Shown: positions 9,408 to 18,759 of the stretch, piece after piece
Layout of the letters: every line of letters starts with the position of its first letter
Position numbering within the stretch: the first letter of the stretch is position 1
Virus record (IMG/VR): IMGVR_UViG_3300025608_000015
Location: 1-64,000 of that record
DNA: 64,000 bases
Strand: one strand, 5' to 3'
From: a virus
Taxonomy: Duplodnaviria; Caudoviricetes
Notes under the pieces: generated by a model
Database searches by the model: none
What the model was told of the DNA's origin: nothing
The model's input: the letters and a program-made list of their open reading frames with translations, nothing else
Made by a program: the position numbers and the translations under genes

Positions 9408-12400
9408 ATGGCTGACTTTAAACTAGGGCGTATTAGATTTGTATGGAAAGGTGAATGGACCGGACCGAATACTTATTATAAAGACGATGTTGTTCGTTTC
9501 GGCGGTAAAACATTTATATGTTTAATCGGGCATACAACAAGTGCAACATTTAACGATGATTTAAACGCTAACGAACCGCGCTGGGAACAAATGTCAGACG
9601 GTGTTACTTGGAAAGGTAACTGGGCACCACAAACAGTATACGGCCTAAACGATATTGTAAAATATGGCGGCATGCTGTATATCTGTTCAGTTGGTCATAC
9701 TTCAGACAACGATTTTATTGGCGGATTAGAAAACGAATTAGGTCAAGATAGTTCCAATCCAAAGTGGGATTTATTCTGTGAAGGATTTGATTATTTAGGA
9801 ACATGGGTTGCAGAAACTAGATACAAATTAAATGATGTAGTTAAGTACGGTGCAAAAACTTATATTTGTCTAGAAGGTCATGTTGCAGCAGATGTAACAG
9901 GCGGAATACTTGCTGATGCAGACAAGTGGGAAGTGTTTAGCGAAGGTTTAGAATGGCAAGGTGATTGGCAGGCAAACACACGTTATAGACAGAGTGAAGT
10001 AGTAAAATATGGCGGGCAAGTATATGTGTGTAATACAGAGCATACTTCAGCTGCAACTGCCGCACTAGGATTAGAAGCTAATCAATCAAATTGGGATTAC
10101 TTACATCAAGGCATTGACTACCTTAGTGATTGGCAGCCAGCTACACGTTATAAAGTTAATGATGTTGTTAAAAATGGCGGCGGGCTTTGGATCTGTACTA
10201 CACATCATACCTCTGGAGCTAATGACGATTTAAGACAAGACGAATCTAATTGGGCAGAATTTTTACCAGGATTAGAGTTTGAAGATACCTGGGATTCGGC
10301 TACTAGTTACCAGTCAGGTGATATTGTAACCTACGGTGGTTATACATATATTGCAATTACAAACAATATCAATGTTATTCCTTATAACAACACCAGTGAC
10401 TGGGATTTATTTGTAACAGGATTTAATCTACAAGGCGACTATGATAACGGAACTGCTTATAAAACAGGTGATGTAGTAAGACTCGGCGGCTGGACTTACA
10501 TAGCAACAGCTGATACTACAGGCAATCGTCCTCCTAATCTTACTTATTGGGATAAGTTAAACGAAGGAGCGTACTGGAAAGATGCTTGGGCAGATGCAAC
10601 GTACTATGATAAAGGCGATGTAGTAAGGTACGGAAGTAATAGTTATATCTGTATTGCAGAACACACATCAGACGAAAATCCGCTTGTAGGCAATAACAGA
10701 CCAGATCAAGATATCAACGGTGTAAACTGGAATGTAATAAGTGGCGGTGTTGAATCTGCTAACTTAACAACAGCAGGCGATATAGTTTATTATGGCGGGT
10801 CAGGACCTACTCGTTTACCAGCAGGTGCACCTGGACAGGTATTACAAGTTAATCCAGACGGTGATGCACCAATTTGGTCAAACTTTGGTTACATCAATCA
10901 TGTTTACTATGTAGAACCTACTACAGGTGTAGATGAACCACCACCAGGAAGAGGTATTACAATTGACCGTCCTTATAAGAGTGTAAGATATGCATGTATG
11001 CAAATCGAACAGGGCGCAGCGCATCGCAATGCAAGAATAATGCTTGAGCATAATAGAAGTTTTATCCAAGCAGAAGTTGTAGAATTTGTTGACAACCAAA
11101 TTGCTAATAATACTCCTCCGTTTTCTAGTGTGTTTACATACGACAAAGAAAAATGCCGCAGAGATACAGGTATTATTGTAGACGCAATTACATGGGATTT
11201 AAGCCATGGAGGTAATGTAAGATCTAGACAAGCTGCTTTAGAATATTTCACAGAAGGTGGTCTAAGTTATATTGCTGGACAAGAAGATGAAACAGTTGCA
11301 GCATTAAATTATTCTTTAGTTGTAATGACAGCTATTTTAAGTAATCTAGCTCCAGCAACAAACTATCAAACACTTAACGGAGTAGGATCACCTATCACAC
11401 AACAAATTGATGGAACCTTAACTGCTGATAACGAATCTTTATCGATTGTTACTAATCTATTAAGTATTATTACAGGTGCTATTACAGCAGGAAACACAAA
11501 TAGTGTTCCAGCAGAATTAATTGCTCAGAAAACAGTTTTTGTTAAGACAGGTGAAACTCAAGAAGTTAGCCCAATCATTGTTCCGGAAAGTACAGCAGTT
11601 GTAGGCGACGAACTTCGTTCTGCTAGAATTGGTCTAGCAGATTCTTTAGTTGACCCTGGAGATGCTGTATATAGTTTAGAAGGTATTGCTAGGGTTAAAG
11701 ATATTATTGGAAATATTATTACTAATACTCCTGTTTCTAAAACAACAACAGGCGATGTACCTAACAATGAAACACAAGTAACTACTAGACCTGCAGGAAG
11801 CGTAGGCTCACTAGCTGCTGTTACTGCAATCGATGCAGGTGCTGACGAAATGCTTGACATTATAGAAAACGGCACTGCAAATGCAGACGCATTTTCTTTC
11901 AGCGATACTGGTGTAACTGCTAAAACAACTGCCCGCACAGAACTACAAACAAACAGAGCAGCTATCATTGCAGATCTTATTTCTTGGATAGGAACTAACT
12001 ATCCGTTGTTAACATACGATCAAACAAAGTGCGAAAGAGATACAGGCTATGCGATTGACGCTGTATCTTATGATATCCAATACGGTACAAACTGGGCTAC
12101 AGTAATTCAAGCAAGAAACTACTATGACCTAGACGGCAATTATGTTAAACCTGCTGACCAAAGAGCTCCGACTGCCGCAGCGATGAATCAACTTGCAGTT
12201 ATTATGGCTGATTACATGTCAGGTTCCACTGAAGAAGCAGAAGCAGTTACACTTTTAGGCGATTTAGCTGATGTAATTACAAACGGAATTGGTAATTTAC
12301 CGACTATTACATATCCTGATATTACTTGGGCTACGCAAGGTCTACAGGATGCAAATGCAGCAGTTTTAGCAAGAAAAGCTGAAACACAAACACAGGCTGT

Positions 12401-15341
12401 TTCGTTTGTTAAAGCAAATAATTCCGGATTCATTTTTAACGAAACTGTTTGTTACAGAGACTCTGGGTATATTGTAGAAGCATTAGCTTATGATATGGCA
12501 CTTGGAACAAACTATCAATCTGTAGTGGCTGCAACAAGTTACTATAAAGGCACTACTTCGTCACAAGAAGTAATTAACAATCAATTAGACGCAACTCTTG
12601 GTGCTGTTAGATTTATAAAACATAAGACAAGATTACTTGCAGCTACAGGTGCGGCAGCAAAAGCCGAAACATTAATGCAAGAAATTTATAATTATGTTGA
12701 TTTTAAAGTTAATGACAATGGATCAGAACCTACATACGCAGGACAAAACGATCCGTTAACTGATACAGGACATACATATGCTGTAGAAGTTTTAGAAGCA
12801 AATAAAGACTTTATTGCGGCAGAAGCGGTAGCATATGTACACGATCAAAATCCAGGTATTACCTACAGTGCAGAAGCATGTAAGAGAGATGTAAAAGCAT
12901 ATATCGACGGTATTAAACAAGACTTAATTTATACAGGCAATTATAGTTCAATAAATGCTGCTAGAGTATACTCTAATAGTGTAAACGGTTCCAGAGACCA
13001 AGATTTATTCTATTTAAGAAACGGTACAGGCTTACGTAATTGCACATTGTTTAATGCAACTGCTACGTTAAGTAATGCAAATCAGTATGGAACACAACGA
13101 CCTAACGGTGGAGCATATACATCTTTAGATCCAGGTTGGGGACCAGATCATTCTGCAGCATGGATTAAAAACAAATCTCCATACGTGCAGAATGTTACTA
13201 CATTCGGTGACTCGTGTGTAGGCTGTAAAGTAGACGGTAATTTACATAATGGCGGTAACGATTCGATTGTTGCCAACGACTTTACACAGATCTTAAGTGA
13301 CGGTATCGGTTATTGGGTGACTAATCTAGGAAGAGCAGAACTTGTATCTGTGTTCTGTTACTATAATCATATTGGATATCTAGCAGAAAATGGTGGTAAG
13401 ATTCGTGCAACAAACGGTAACAACTCTTACGGTGCGTTTGGTTCAGTAGCAGAAGGTATCGATGAAACAGAAGTACCAGTACTAGGTGTTGTAGATAATC
13501 GTCAGTTAGAAGCCCAAGTAGGACTTACTTTTACTGACGGTACAGATGAAATCTTACAACTAGAATATACATACGCAGGTGAAGGATATACAACAGCAAG
13601 CGATGCAATCATTGCTATGAATGCTCCTTCAGGCGGTAACGATAATACTAGAACAACTGGAACATATAAAAACGTATCAGGAACATCAAACGGATCAGGA
13701 ACAGGACAAGAATTTACTATTGTTGTAAATGAAGTCGGCGGCGTTGAAATTTTTGAAATCACCAAAGGCGGTAGCGGTCATTCAATTGGTGATACTATTA
13801 CATTTGATGCAAGCGAAATTGGAGGTACAGGCTCAGGATTTACTGCTACTATTTCTAATATAGGTGATGCTACTAGATTTACAATTAGCGGTGAAGGTTT
13901 TGGCGCTATAGTTAATGCTGCTCAAATATACGACGGTGGTGTTAAGGAAGTTCGCTTAACTAATCCTAGTGATAATTTTGGTGGTGAAGGTTATATTACC
14001 ATTGCAAGTAATGCACAAGCCGGAACGCCAACTCAAATCACTCTGTCTGCAACAGACGTTCGTCCAGACGATGCATACAACGGTATGGCAGTTTATCTAA
14101 CAGCAGGTAGAGGTGCTGGTCAGTACGGTTATATTACAGATTTTAATAGTGGTAATAAAATTGCTACAGTTTCTAAAATGAGTGACGGAACACCTGGGTG
14201 GGATCATGTTGTACCAGGAACAACTATCGAAACATTCTTAGATACAACTACTGCATATGATATTGCTCCTAGAGTTGAATTTAGCGCACCGCCTAGCGGA
14301 CTATATGCCGACACAGCCAGAGGTAGAGCAAGAGTAAGTGATGATCAAATTGTAGAAGTTAGAATAACACATCCAGGACAAGGATATCTAGCTCCACCTA
14401 CAATGACTGTTACAGATCCAAATGAACTAGTAGCTGTGTCTTATGAAGTAAGAATAGGCGACGGGGTACTAGGACAGCCTACATGGACAAACAGAGGAAC
14501 AGGATTTGTAACTGCAAGTACTCAAATTGTCGGTGACGGTTTTGCTGATATATTCCAAAATGGAACTAGAATACGTGTTGACGGACTAGATGATATACCG
14601 TTACCTGGAAGTAACGTAGAATTTGCTAGTATTCCAAATACTTGGTATAAACTTGTTACACTTACTAGCTTAATAGGTAACGGTCCTTACAGTGCAATTT
14701 TACAAGTATCGCCTGAAATTGATGTTAGCGACAATTTACCTCATGACGATGCAATTACTATTAGACGTAGATTCTCGCAAGTACGACTAACTGGACACGA
14801 CTTCCTAGATATTGGTACTGGTAACTTTACAAATACCAATTATCCAGGAGATCCTTTACAAGATCCAGATCCAACAAAAGAAACCAATGATAATGGCGGC
14901 GGACGAGTGTTCTACACTTCAACTGACCAAGATGGTAACTTCCGAGTTGGTGGATTGTTTAACGTTGAACAGGCAACTGGTATTGCAACACTGAACGTAG
15001 AAGCGTTTAACATTTCGGGTCTAAACGAACTACAATTGGGATCAGTTGCATTAGGCGGAACTGGTGCAATTATTACAGAATTTAGTACAGATGGAACGTT
15101 TGCAGCAGACAGTGACAGTATTGTACCAACACAAAAAGCAATCAAAACTTATATTACATCACAGATTGGTGGTGGTGCAGCAACATTGAACGTTAACAGT
15201 TTAACAGCAGGTGTCGTCGAAATAACAGGACAGCAGATTTCTACAGTAGATGATTCTCCGCTGAACATAAATACGAGTATGACATTCAATGCTCCTGTTG
15301 ATGGGGCCCCTATTGCACTGCAGATGTTCTTATTGAATTAA
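9408..15341 (+). CDS. Large virion fibre protein, paralog of 4552..9378, with helical CxRD inserts
   Basis: Same 8 N-terminal CBM-like repeats, same core and C-terminal motifs as 4552..9378; four (K/V/A)CxRDxG helical repeats (about 11151, 12027, 12447, 12876) inserted in the core. Confidence 0.75.
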   Translation: MADFKLGRIRFVWKGEWTGPNTYYKDDVVRFGGKTFICLIGHTTSATFNDDLNANEPRWEQMSDGVTWKGNWAPQTVYGLNDIVKYGGMLYICSVGHTSDNDFIGGLENELGQDSSNPKWDLFCEGFDYLGTWVAETRYKLNDVVKYGAKTYICLEGHVAADVTGGILADADKWEVFSEGLEWQGDWQANTRYRQSEVVKYGGQVYVCNTEHTSAATAALGLEANQSNWDYLHQGIDYLSDWQPATRYKVNDVVKNGGGLWICTTHHTSGANDDLRQDESNWAEFLPGLEFEDTWDSATSYQSGDIVTYGGYTYIAITNNINVIPYNNTSDWDLFVTGFNLQGDYDNGTAYKTGDVVRLGGWTYIATADTTGNRPPNLTYWDKLNEGAYWKDAWADATYYDKGDVVRYGSNSYICIAEHTSDENPLVGNNRPDQDINGVNWNVISGGVESANLTTAGDIVYYGGSGPTRLPAGAPGQVLQVNPDGDAPIWSNFGYINHVYYVEPTTGVDEPPPGRGITIDRPYKSVRYACMQIEQGAAHRNARIMLEHNRSFIQAEVVEFVDNQIANNTPPFSSVFTYDKEKCRRDTGIIVDAITWDLSHGGNVRSRQAALEYFTEGGLSYIAGQEDETVAALNYSLVVMTAILSNLAPATNYQTLNGVGSPITQQIDGTLTADNESLSIVTNLLSIITGAITAGNTNSVPAELIAQKTVFVKTGETQEVSPIIVPESTAVVGDELRSARIGLADSLVDPGDAVYSLEGIARVKDIIGNIITNTPVSKTTTGDVPNNETQVTTRPAGSVGSLAAVTAIDAGADEMLDIIENGTANADAFSFSDTGVTAKTTARTELQTNRAAIIADLISWIGTNYPLLTYDQTKCERDTGYAIDAVSYDIQYGTNWATVIQARNYYDLDGNYVKPADQRAPTAAAMNQLAVIMADYMSGSTEEAEAVTLLGDLADVITNGIGNLPTITYPDITWATQGLQDANAAVLARKAETQTQAVSFVKANNSGFIFNETVCYRDSGYIVEALAYDMALGTNYQSVVAATSYYKGTTSSQEVINNQLDATLGAVRFIKHKTRLLAATGAAAKAETLMQEIYNYVDFKVNDNGSEPTYAGQNDPLTDTGHTYAVEVLEANKDFIAAEAVAYVHDQNPGITYSAEACKRDVKAYIDGIKQDLIYTGNYSSINAARVYSNSVNGSRDQDLFYLRNGTGLRNCTLFNATATLSNANQYGTQRPNGGAYTSLDPGWGPDHSAAWIKNKSPYVQNVTTFGDSCVGCKVDGNLHNGGNDSIVANDFTQILSDGIGYWVTNLGRAELVSVFCYYNHIGYLAENGGKIRATNGNNSYGAFGSVAEGIDETEVPVLGVVDNRQLEAQVGLTFTDGTDEILQLEYTYAGEGYTTASDAIIAMNAPSGGNDNTRTTGTYKNVSGTSNGSGTGQEFTIVVNEVGGVEIFEITKGGSGHSIGDTITFDASEIGGTGSGFTATISNIGDATRFTISGEGFGAIVNAAQIYDGGVKEVRLTNPSDNFGGEGYITIASNAQAGTPTQITLSATDVRPDDAYNGMAVYLTAGRGAGQYGYITDFNSGNKIATVSKMSDGTPGWDHVVPGTTIETFLDTTTAYDIAPRVEFSAPPSGLYADTARGRARVSDDQIVEVRITHPGQGYLAPPTMTVTDPNELVAVSYEVRIGDGVLGQPTWTNRGTGFVTASTQIVGDGFADIFQNGTRIRVDGLDDIPLPGSNVEFASIPNTWYKLVTLTSLIGNGPYSAILQVSPEIDVSDNLPHDDAITIRRRFSQVRLTGHDFLDIGTGNFTNTNYPGDPLQDPDPTKETNDNGGGRVFYTSTDQDGNFRVGGLFNVEQATGIATLNVEAFNISGLNELQLGSVALGGTGAIITEFSTDGTFAADSDSIVPTQKAIKTYITSQIGGGAATLNVNSLTAGVVEITGQQISTVDDSPLNINTSMTFNAPVDGAPIALQMFLLN
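14778..14828 (+). repeat. Near-identical DNA block A, copy 2
   Basis: 49/51 nt identical to 8722..8772. Confidence 0.9.
14919..14982 (+). repeat. Near-identical DNA block B, copy 2
   Basis: 58/64 nt identical to 8881..8944. Confidence 0.9.
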
Positions 15342-15352
15342 CGGAGATTTAA

Positions 15353-15673
15353 ATGGCTACTGGAATATTAGGCTCAGAAAATTTAAGTACAGCGACTTAC
15401 ACAACTGTGTATACTGTGCCTTCAAATAGATACTGTGTATTAAGTATTAACATGGTGAATAGAGGGAATCAAGCTGTAACAGTAAGAATTGCTATTGCTG
15501 ATAATGCAACACCTACGAACGCTGAGTTTATTGAATATGAAACAGAACTCTTAGGTAAAGGAGTATTAGAAAGAACTGGCATAGTTGTTGATGCAGGTAA
15601 AAAAATAGTTGCCTGGACCAGCGGCGCTAATGTTAGTGCAGTAGTTATGGGAATAGAAACCCCAACAGCATAA
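15353..15673 (+). CDS. Small virion structural protein (paralog of 3790..4119)
   Basis: 106 aa, GGAG RBS, TVYTVP...SINMVNRG...VTVRIAI pattern; follows a fibre gene. Confidence 0.6.
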   Translation: MATGILGSENLSTATYTTVYTVPSNRYCVLSINMVNRGNQAVTVRIAIADNATPTNAEFIEYETELLGKGVLERTGIVVDAGKKIVAWTSGANVSAVVMGIETPTA

Positions 15674-15676
15674 ATA
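15671..15676 (+). promoter_or_regulatory. Late-promoter-like TAAATA (overlaps stop codon)
   Basis: TAAATA built on the upstream TAA stop, about 20 nt before the 15696 start. Confidence 0.55.
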
Positions 15677-15695
15677 CTAGACAAAGGAAACACAA

Positions 15696-16028
15696 ATGGG
15701 AAGATATATTACCACAACTGGAACAGCAGGAGTAGTAACAAAAGAAATTAGCGCAGATCACGATGCAGCTGTTAATGAAAGAATTTTAGCAGATGTTTCA
15801 ACTGCACCGATAACTATTACGTTACCTGCTAACTCAACGTTGTTATTAAACGATACTATCGAAATTATTGATGTTACTGGCAGTGCAGGCGGCAATGCAA
15901 TTACTGTTGGTAGAAACGGTTCATTAATCCAAGGTTCAACAGAAGATTTAACAATTGACGTAGCAGGATCTATTGTAACGTTAATTTACACTGGTGCAAC
16001 ATACGGATGGATCGTAGGTAGCGTATAA
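15696..16028 (+). CDS. Stand-alone tail-fibre proximal/connector domain (T4 gp34/gp9-like motif)
   Basis: DVSTAPITITLP...DTIEIID..G....N.ITV.RNG..IQG..EDL.I......VTLIY......GW is the motif typical of T4-like fibre attachment domains. Confidence 0.6.
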   Translation: MGRYITTTGTAGVVTKEISADHDAAVNERILADVSTAPITITLPANSTLLLNDTIEIIDVTGSAGGNAITVGRNGSLIQGSTEDLTIDVAGSIVTLIYTGATYGWIVGSV

Positions 16029-16049
16029 TTTAACGGACGGAGTTTTATA

Positions 16050-17024
16050 ATGGCATCATTGTCAGAATTAATAGCACAAAAAGCAGAAACTTACTCTGTA
16101 GGCGAACTAAACTTAGAGCAAGGCGAGATCTATTCTTTTGTGTCAGGAAACCAAAATAATAACTTTGCTGTAGATTGGTGTTGGCAGTCTCAAGGACGAT
16201 CTGGTACTGTTGTACTAGAAATTTGGGGAGCTGGTGGTTCAAGTTCAAGGACTTGTTGTTGTTCAGCTACAACTCCAGGTAACAGCGGAGCATATTCAAA
16301 GAAAACATTTGACGCAGACGGAAGTAGTTATATAACTGGTGTTAGCGGAATTCCTTGTAGAAATGCTGGCGATGAATTCTTTAGAGGATGTTCTGAGCCT
16401 ACTAAAATTTGTTGCTGGGTCGGTGCTACTGAAAATGGATGCATGTGTGCAGAAGGTGGCATTTCAGGACAATCATATTGTTCTTGTAATATTAGCCCGT
16501 TTTGTAGATTTGTATGCGAAGGATTTTGTAACACAGAAATTGGTCCTGGACAATGTGGCTTAATTTGTAATCATTTTGACACACGTTGGCTTGCAACAGC
16601 AGATGGCGGAGACATAAACTGCGGCGGTAGAATAAGTTGCATGAGTTTCTTATGCTGTTATGCAAACTGCTGGTGTAGACATAGACAGCACGTTGCAGGA
16701 CCTGCAGGACAATTTTCTAAGAAAGGTGTTACTTTAACATTTGCGCATGACACAGACAATGCAGCATATGGCGGACAAAGTGGACAAGGTGTGATCCATT
16801 TCCAGGCAGCAGTTAGAGGTGTTAGTAGACAACCGAGCGGCGGCTGGGATCTAAAAAGATGCTGGAACGGATTTACAAGTTGTGGTTGTTATGAAGCAAA
16901 TGGTTGCTATAGTTATATTCCTTATGGCTTTGGAGCACCTGCACCGACACCGTGTAGTGGCATGCGAGATGTAGGTTATGCTGGCGGCATGGGAATGACC
17001 AGAATTAAATTTATAGAGAACTAG
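16050..17024 (+). CDS. Cys-rich glycine-rich-domain tail fibre/tip protein, paralog 1
   Basis: 28 Cys in 324 aa by manual count; scaffold EIWGAGG...PGNSGAY.KK ... GG.G..RIKF. Confidence 0.65.
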   Translation: MASLSELIAQKAETYSVGELNLEQGEIYSFVSGNQNNNFAVDWCWQSQGRSGTVVLEIWGAGGSSSRTCCCSATTPGNSGAYSKKTFDADGSSYITGVSGIPCRNAGDEFFRGCSEPTKICCWVGATENGCMCAEGGISGQSYCSCNISPFCRFVCEGFCNTEIGPGQCGLICNHFDTRWLATADGGDINCGGRISCMSFLCCYANCWCRHRQHVAGPAGQFSKKGVTLTFAHDTDNAAYGGQSGQGVIHFQAAVRGVSRQPSGGWDLKRCWNGFTSCGCYEANGCYSYIPYGFGAPAPTPCSGMRDVGYAGGMGMTRIKFIEN

Positions 17025-17032
17025 GATTAGAT

Positions 17033-18004
17033 ATGGCAAAGTTATCAGGATTATTAGCACAAAGGTCAGCAGATCCTATAGAAAACAATCTGGAAGACGG
17101 AGAAATTTTCTTCTTTGGACACAGTGTAACATACGATGCTTGTAGAGAGTTTTGTTTCTGTGCACCAGCTCCAGGAACTGCAATTATTGAAGCAATAGGC
17201 GCAGGCGGATCTAGTGCTAAAATGTGCTGTTGCGGCGGCGGAATTCCAGGAAACAGCGGAGCGTATGTAAAGAAAACAATTACTATGGCTGCAAATCAGT
17301 ATGTTTGCGGTTGTTTAGGAAAAGCATGTAACGATGCAGATGCACTTTGCTTTAGAGGATGTTCAGCACCAACAATGTTATGTTGGATTTCATCAACTGC
17401 TGACGGGTGTATGTGTGCAGAAGGCGGACTAGGCGGATGTACTACGTGTAATCCTAACACTGCTGCAAGCAGATGTTTTAGATGTAACAACTTCTGTCAT
17501 ACAGTTTGCGGTTTTGATAATCAACCAGAGTGTGGACTTGTATGTAATATCGGAAATGGAAGATGGTGTGGCCTTGCGTATGGCGGAGATGTTAACAAAC
17601 CAAGTAATATAGGATGTGTAACATTCTACTGTTGTTCAAACGGTGGTTGGGAACTTTGTAGAATGGTATACCACGTTCCTATGGCTCCTGGTTTTTATAA
17701 TTCAGAAGAAGGAACTATCGTTCAATATACACCAGGCTGGGATAACATACATCACCTAAGACCAGGTAGTGGTCCTGTTAGCTTCGTACAAGCACTTCAG
17801 GCAGCTCACCGCTCGCCAGATGCACCGCCACGTGGATGGGCATGTTGGAACGGAAGATACTACGGGTGCTATAACGTATTTGGGTGCGGACACTGGTTAC
17901 CATTCGGAACAGGCGGACCACCACCAGCTGCATGCTGTGCAGTGCGAGATCACGCAACATTCGGCGGCGCTGGAGCTGTTAGAGTTAAATTTATAGAATC
18001 ATAG
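17033..18004 (+). CDS. Cys-rich glycine-rich-domain tail fibre/tip protein, paralog 2
   Basis: 32 Cys in 323 aa by manual count; shares GAGGSS..CCC..PGNSGAY.KK, FRGCS.PT, GCMCAEGG, CGL.CN, CW.G...GCY...GC and the KFIE C-terminus with paralog 1. Confidence 0.65.
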   Translation: MAKLSGLLAQRSADPIENNLEDGEIFFFGHSVTYDACREFCFCAPAPGTAIIEAIGAGGSSAKMCCCGGGIPGNSGAYVKKTITMAANQYVCGCLGKACNDADALCFRGCSAPTMLCWISSTADGCMCAEGGLGGCTTCNPNTAASRCFRCNNFCHTVCGFDNQPECGLVCNIGNGRWCGLAYGGDVNKPSNIGCVTFYCCSNGGWELCRMVYHVPMAPGFYNSEEGTIVQYTPGWDNIHHLRPGSGPVSFVQALQAAHRSPDAPPRGWACWNGRYYGCYNVFGCGHWLPFGTGGPPPAACCAVRDHATFGGAGAVRVKFIES

Positions 18005-18013
18005 GAGATAGAA

Positions 18014-18679
18014 GTGGAAAAAACTTTTACATGGAATAGACCAGACGAACCTTATGTGAATTCGTCTACTGGTACAAGGACAATTGATATTACATATACT
18101 GGACCTAGATATTTGTTAGTTGAATTAGATCCTAAATTAGGTACAGGGAGTTGCATTAGAAGCTCTGATGATGAAAATGATCCTGTATTAGATGCATCTG
18201 ATATGGCACATAATCAGTGGGAATACGTAGTTGTAGACGCTGAAGAATTACCTGCGTTAGCATGTTCTTTAACACTAGCATATAAACATCCAGATCCAAA
18301 TGATTGGACAGAGACGTTAACAGACGCCGACGGTGAAGACTTTGTATTTGAGCACACATACGATGAAACCACTGGTGTGATTGATCACGAAACAGCTGGG
18401 TTAAACGGAGGATACACTTATAATTTTAACCTTAGAACGTGGGAAGGTCCTGAGTATAGAGAGCATATGGTTAGTGCAACTGATTTTGAAAACGGTCGCT
18501 TAGACATGATTTCACAAATGCAGAATAGATTAGATAATGCAGAATCTCTTGGATATAACGAAGAGCAAATAGAAAGTATTACAAATTATAAAGAATACTT
18601 GGAAAGCATTCCGACTAAGTATGCAAGTATTCCTCATTGGAAACTTCCAACTAATATTGATTATCCGCAAAATATTTAA
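18014..18679 (+). CDS. Putative tail-fibre assembly/chaperone-like protein
   Basis: GTG start with AGGAG RBS; acidic 221 aa directly after the fibre-tip genes; C-terminal Y.EYL.SIP..Y...P.W..P resembles Tfa-type chaperone ends. Confidence 0.45.
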   Translation: MEKTFTWNRPDEPYVNSSTGTRTIDITYTGPRYLLVELDPKLGTGSCIRSSDDENDPVLDASDMAHNQWEYVVVDAEELPALACSLTLAYKHPDPNDWTETLTDADGEDFVFEHTYDETTGVIDHETAGLNGGYTYNFNLRTWEGPEYREHMVSATDFENGRLDMISQMQNRLDNAESLGYNEEQIESITNYKEYLESIPTKYASIPHWKLPTNIDYPQNI

Positions 18680-18692
18680 TAAAACCATTATT

Positions 18693-18742
18693 AACCGATC
18701 AGCTTAAGGTGTATACATATATACTTTACTGATCGGTTTTTT
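18693..18742 (+). terminator. Long hairpin with U-tract
   Basis: AACCGATCAG (18693-18702) pairs with CTGATCGGTT (18729-18738); inner GTATA-CATA-TATAC stem; followed by a T run. Confidence 0.6.
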
Positions 18743-18759
18743 AATGGAGAAAAAATTTA

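Noticed and set aside
8722-14982. Near-identical blocks as a DGR template/variable repeat pair
   Set aside because: Mismatches are not confined to adenines of one copy on either strand, both copies encode conserved in-frame motifs, and no reverse transcriptase is in the window.
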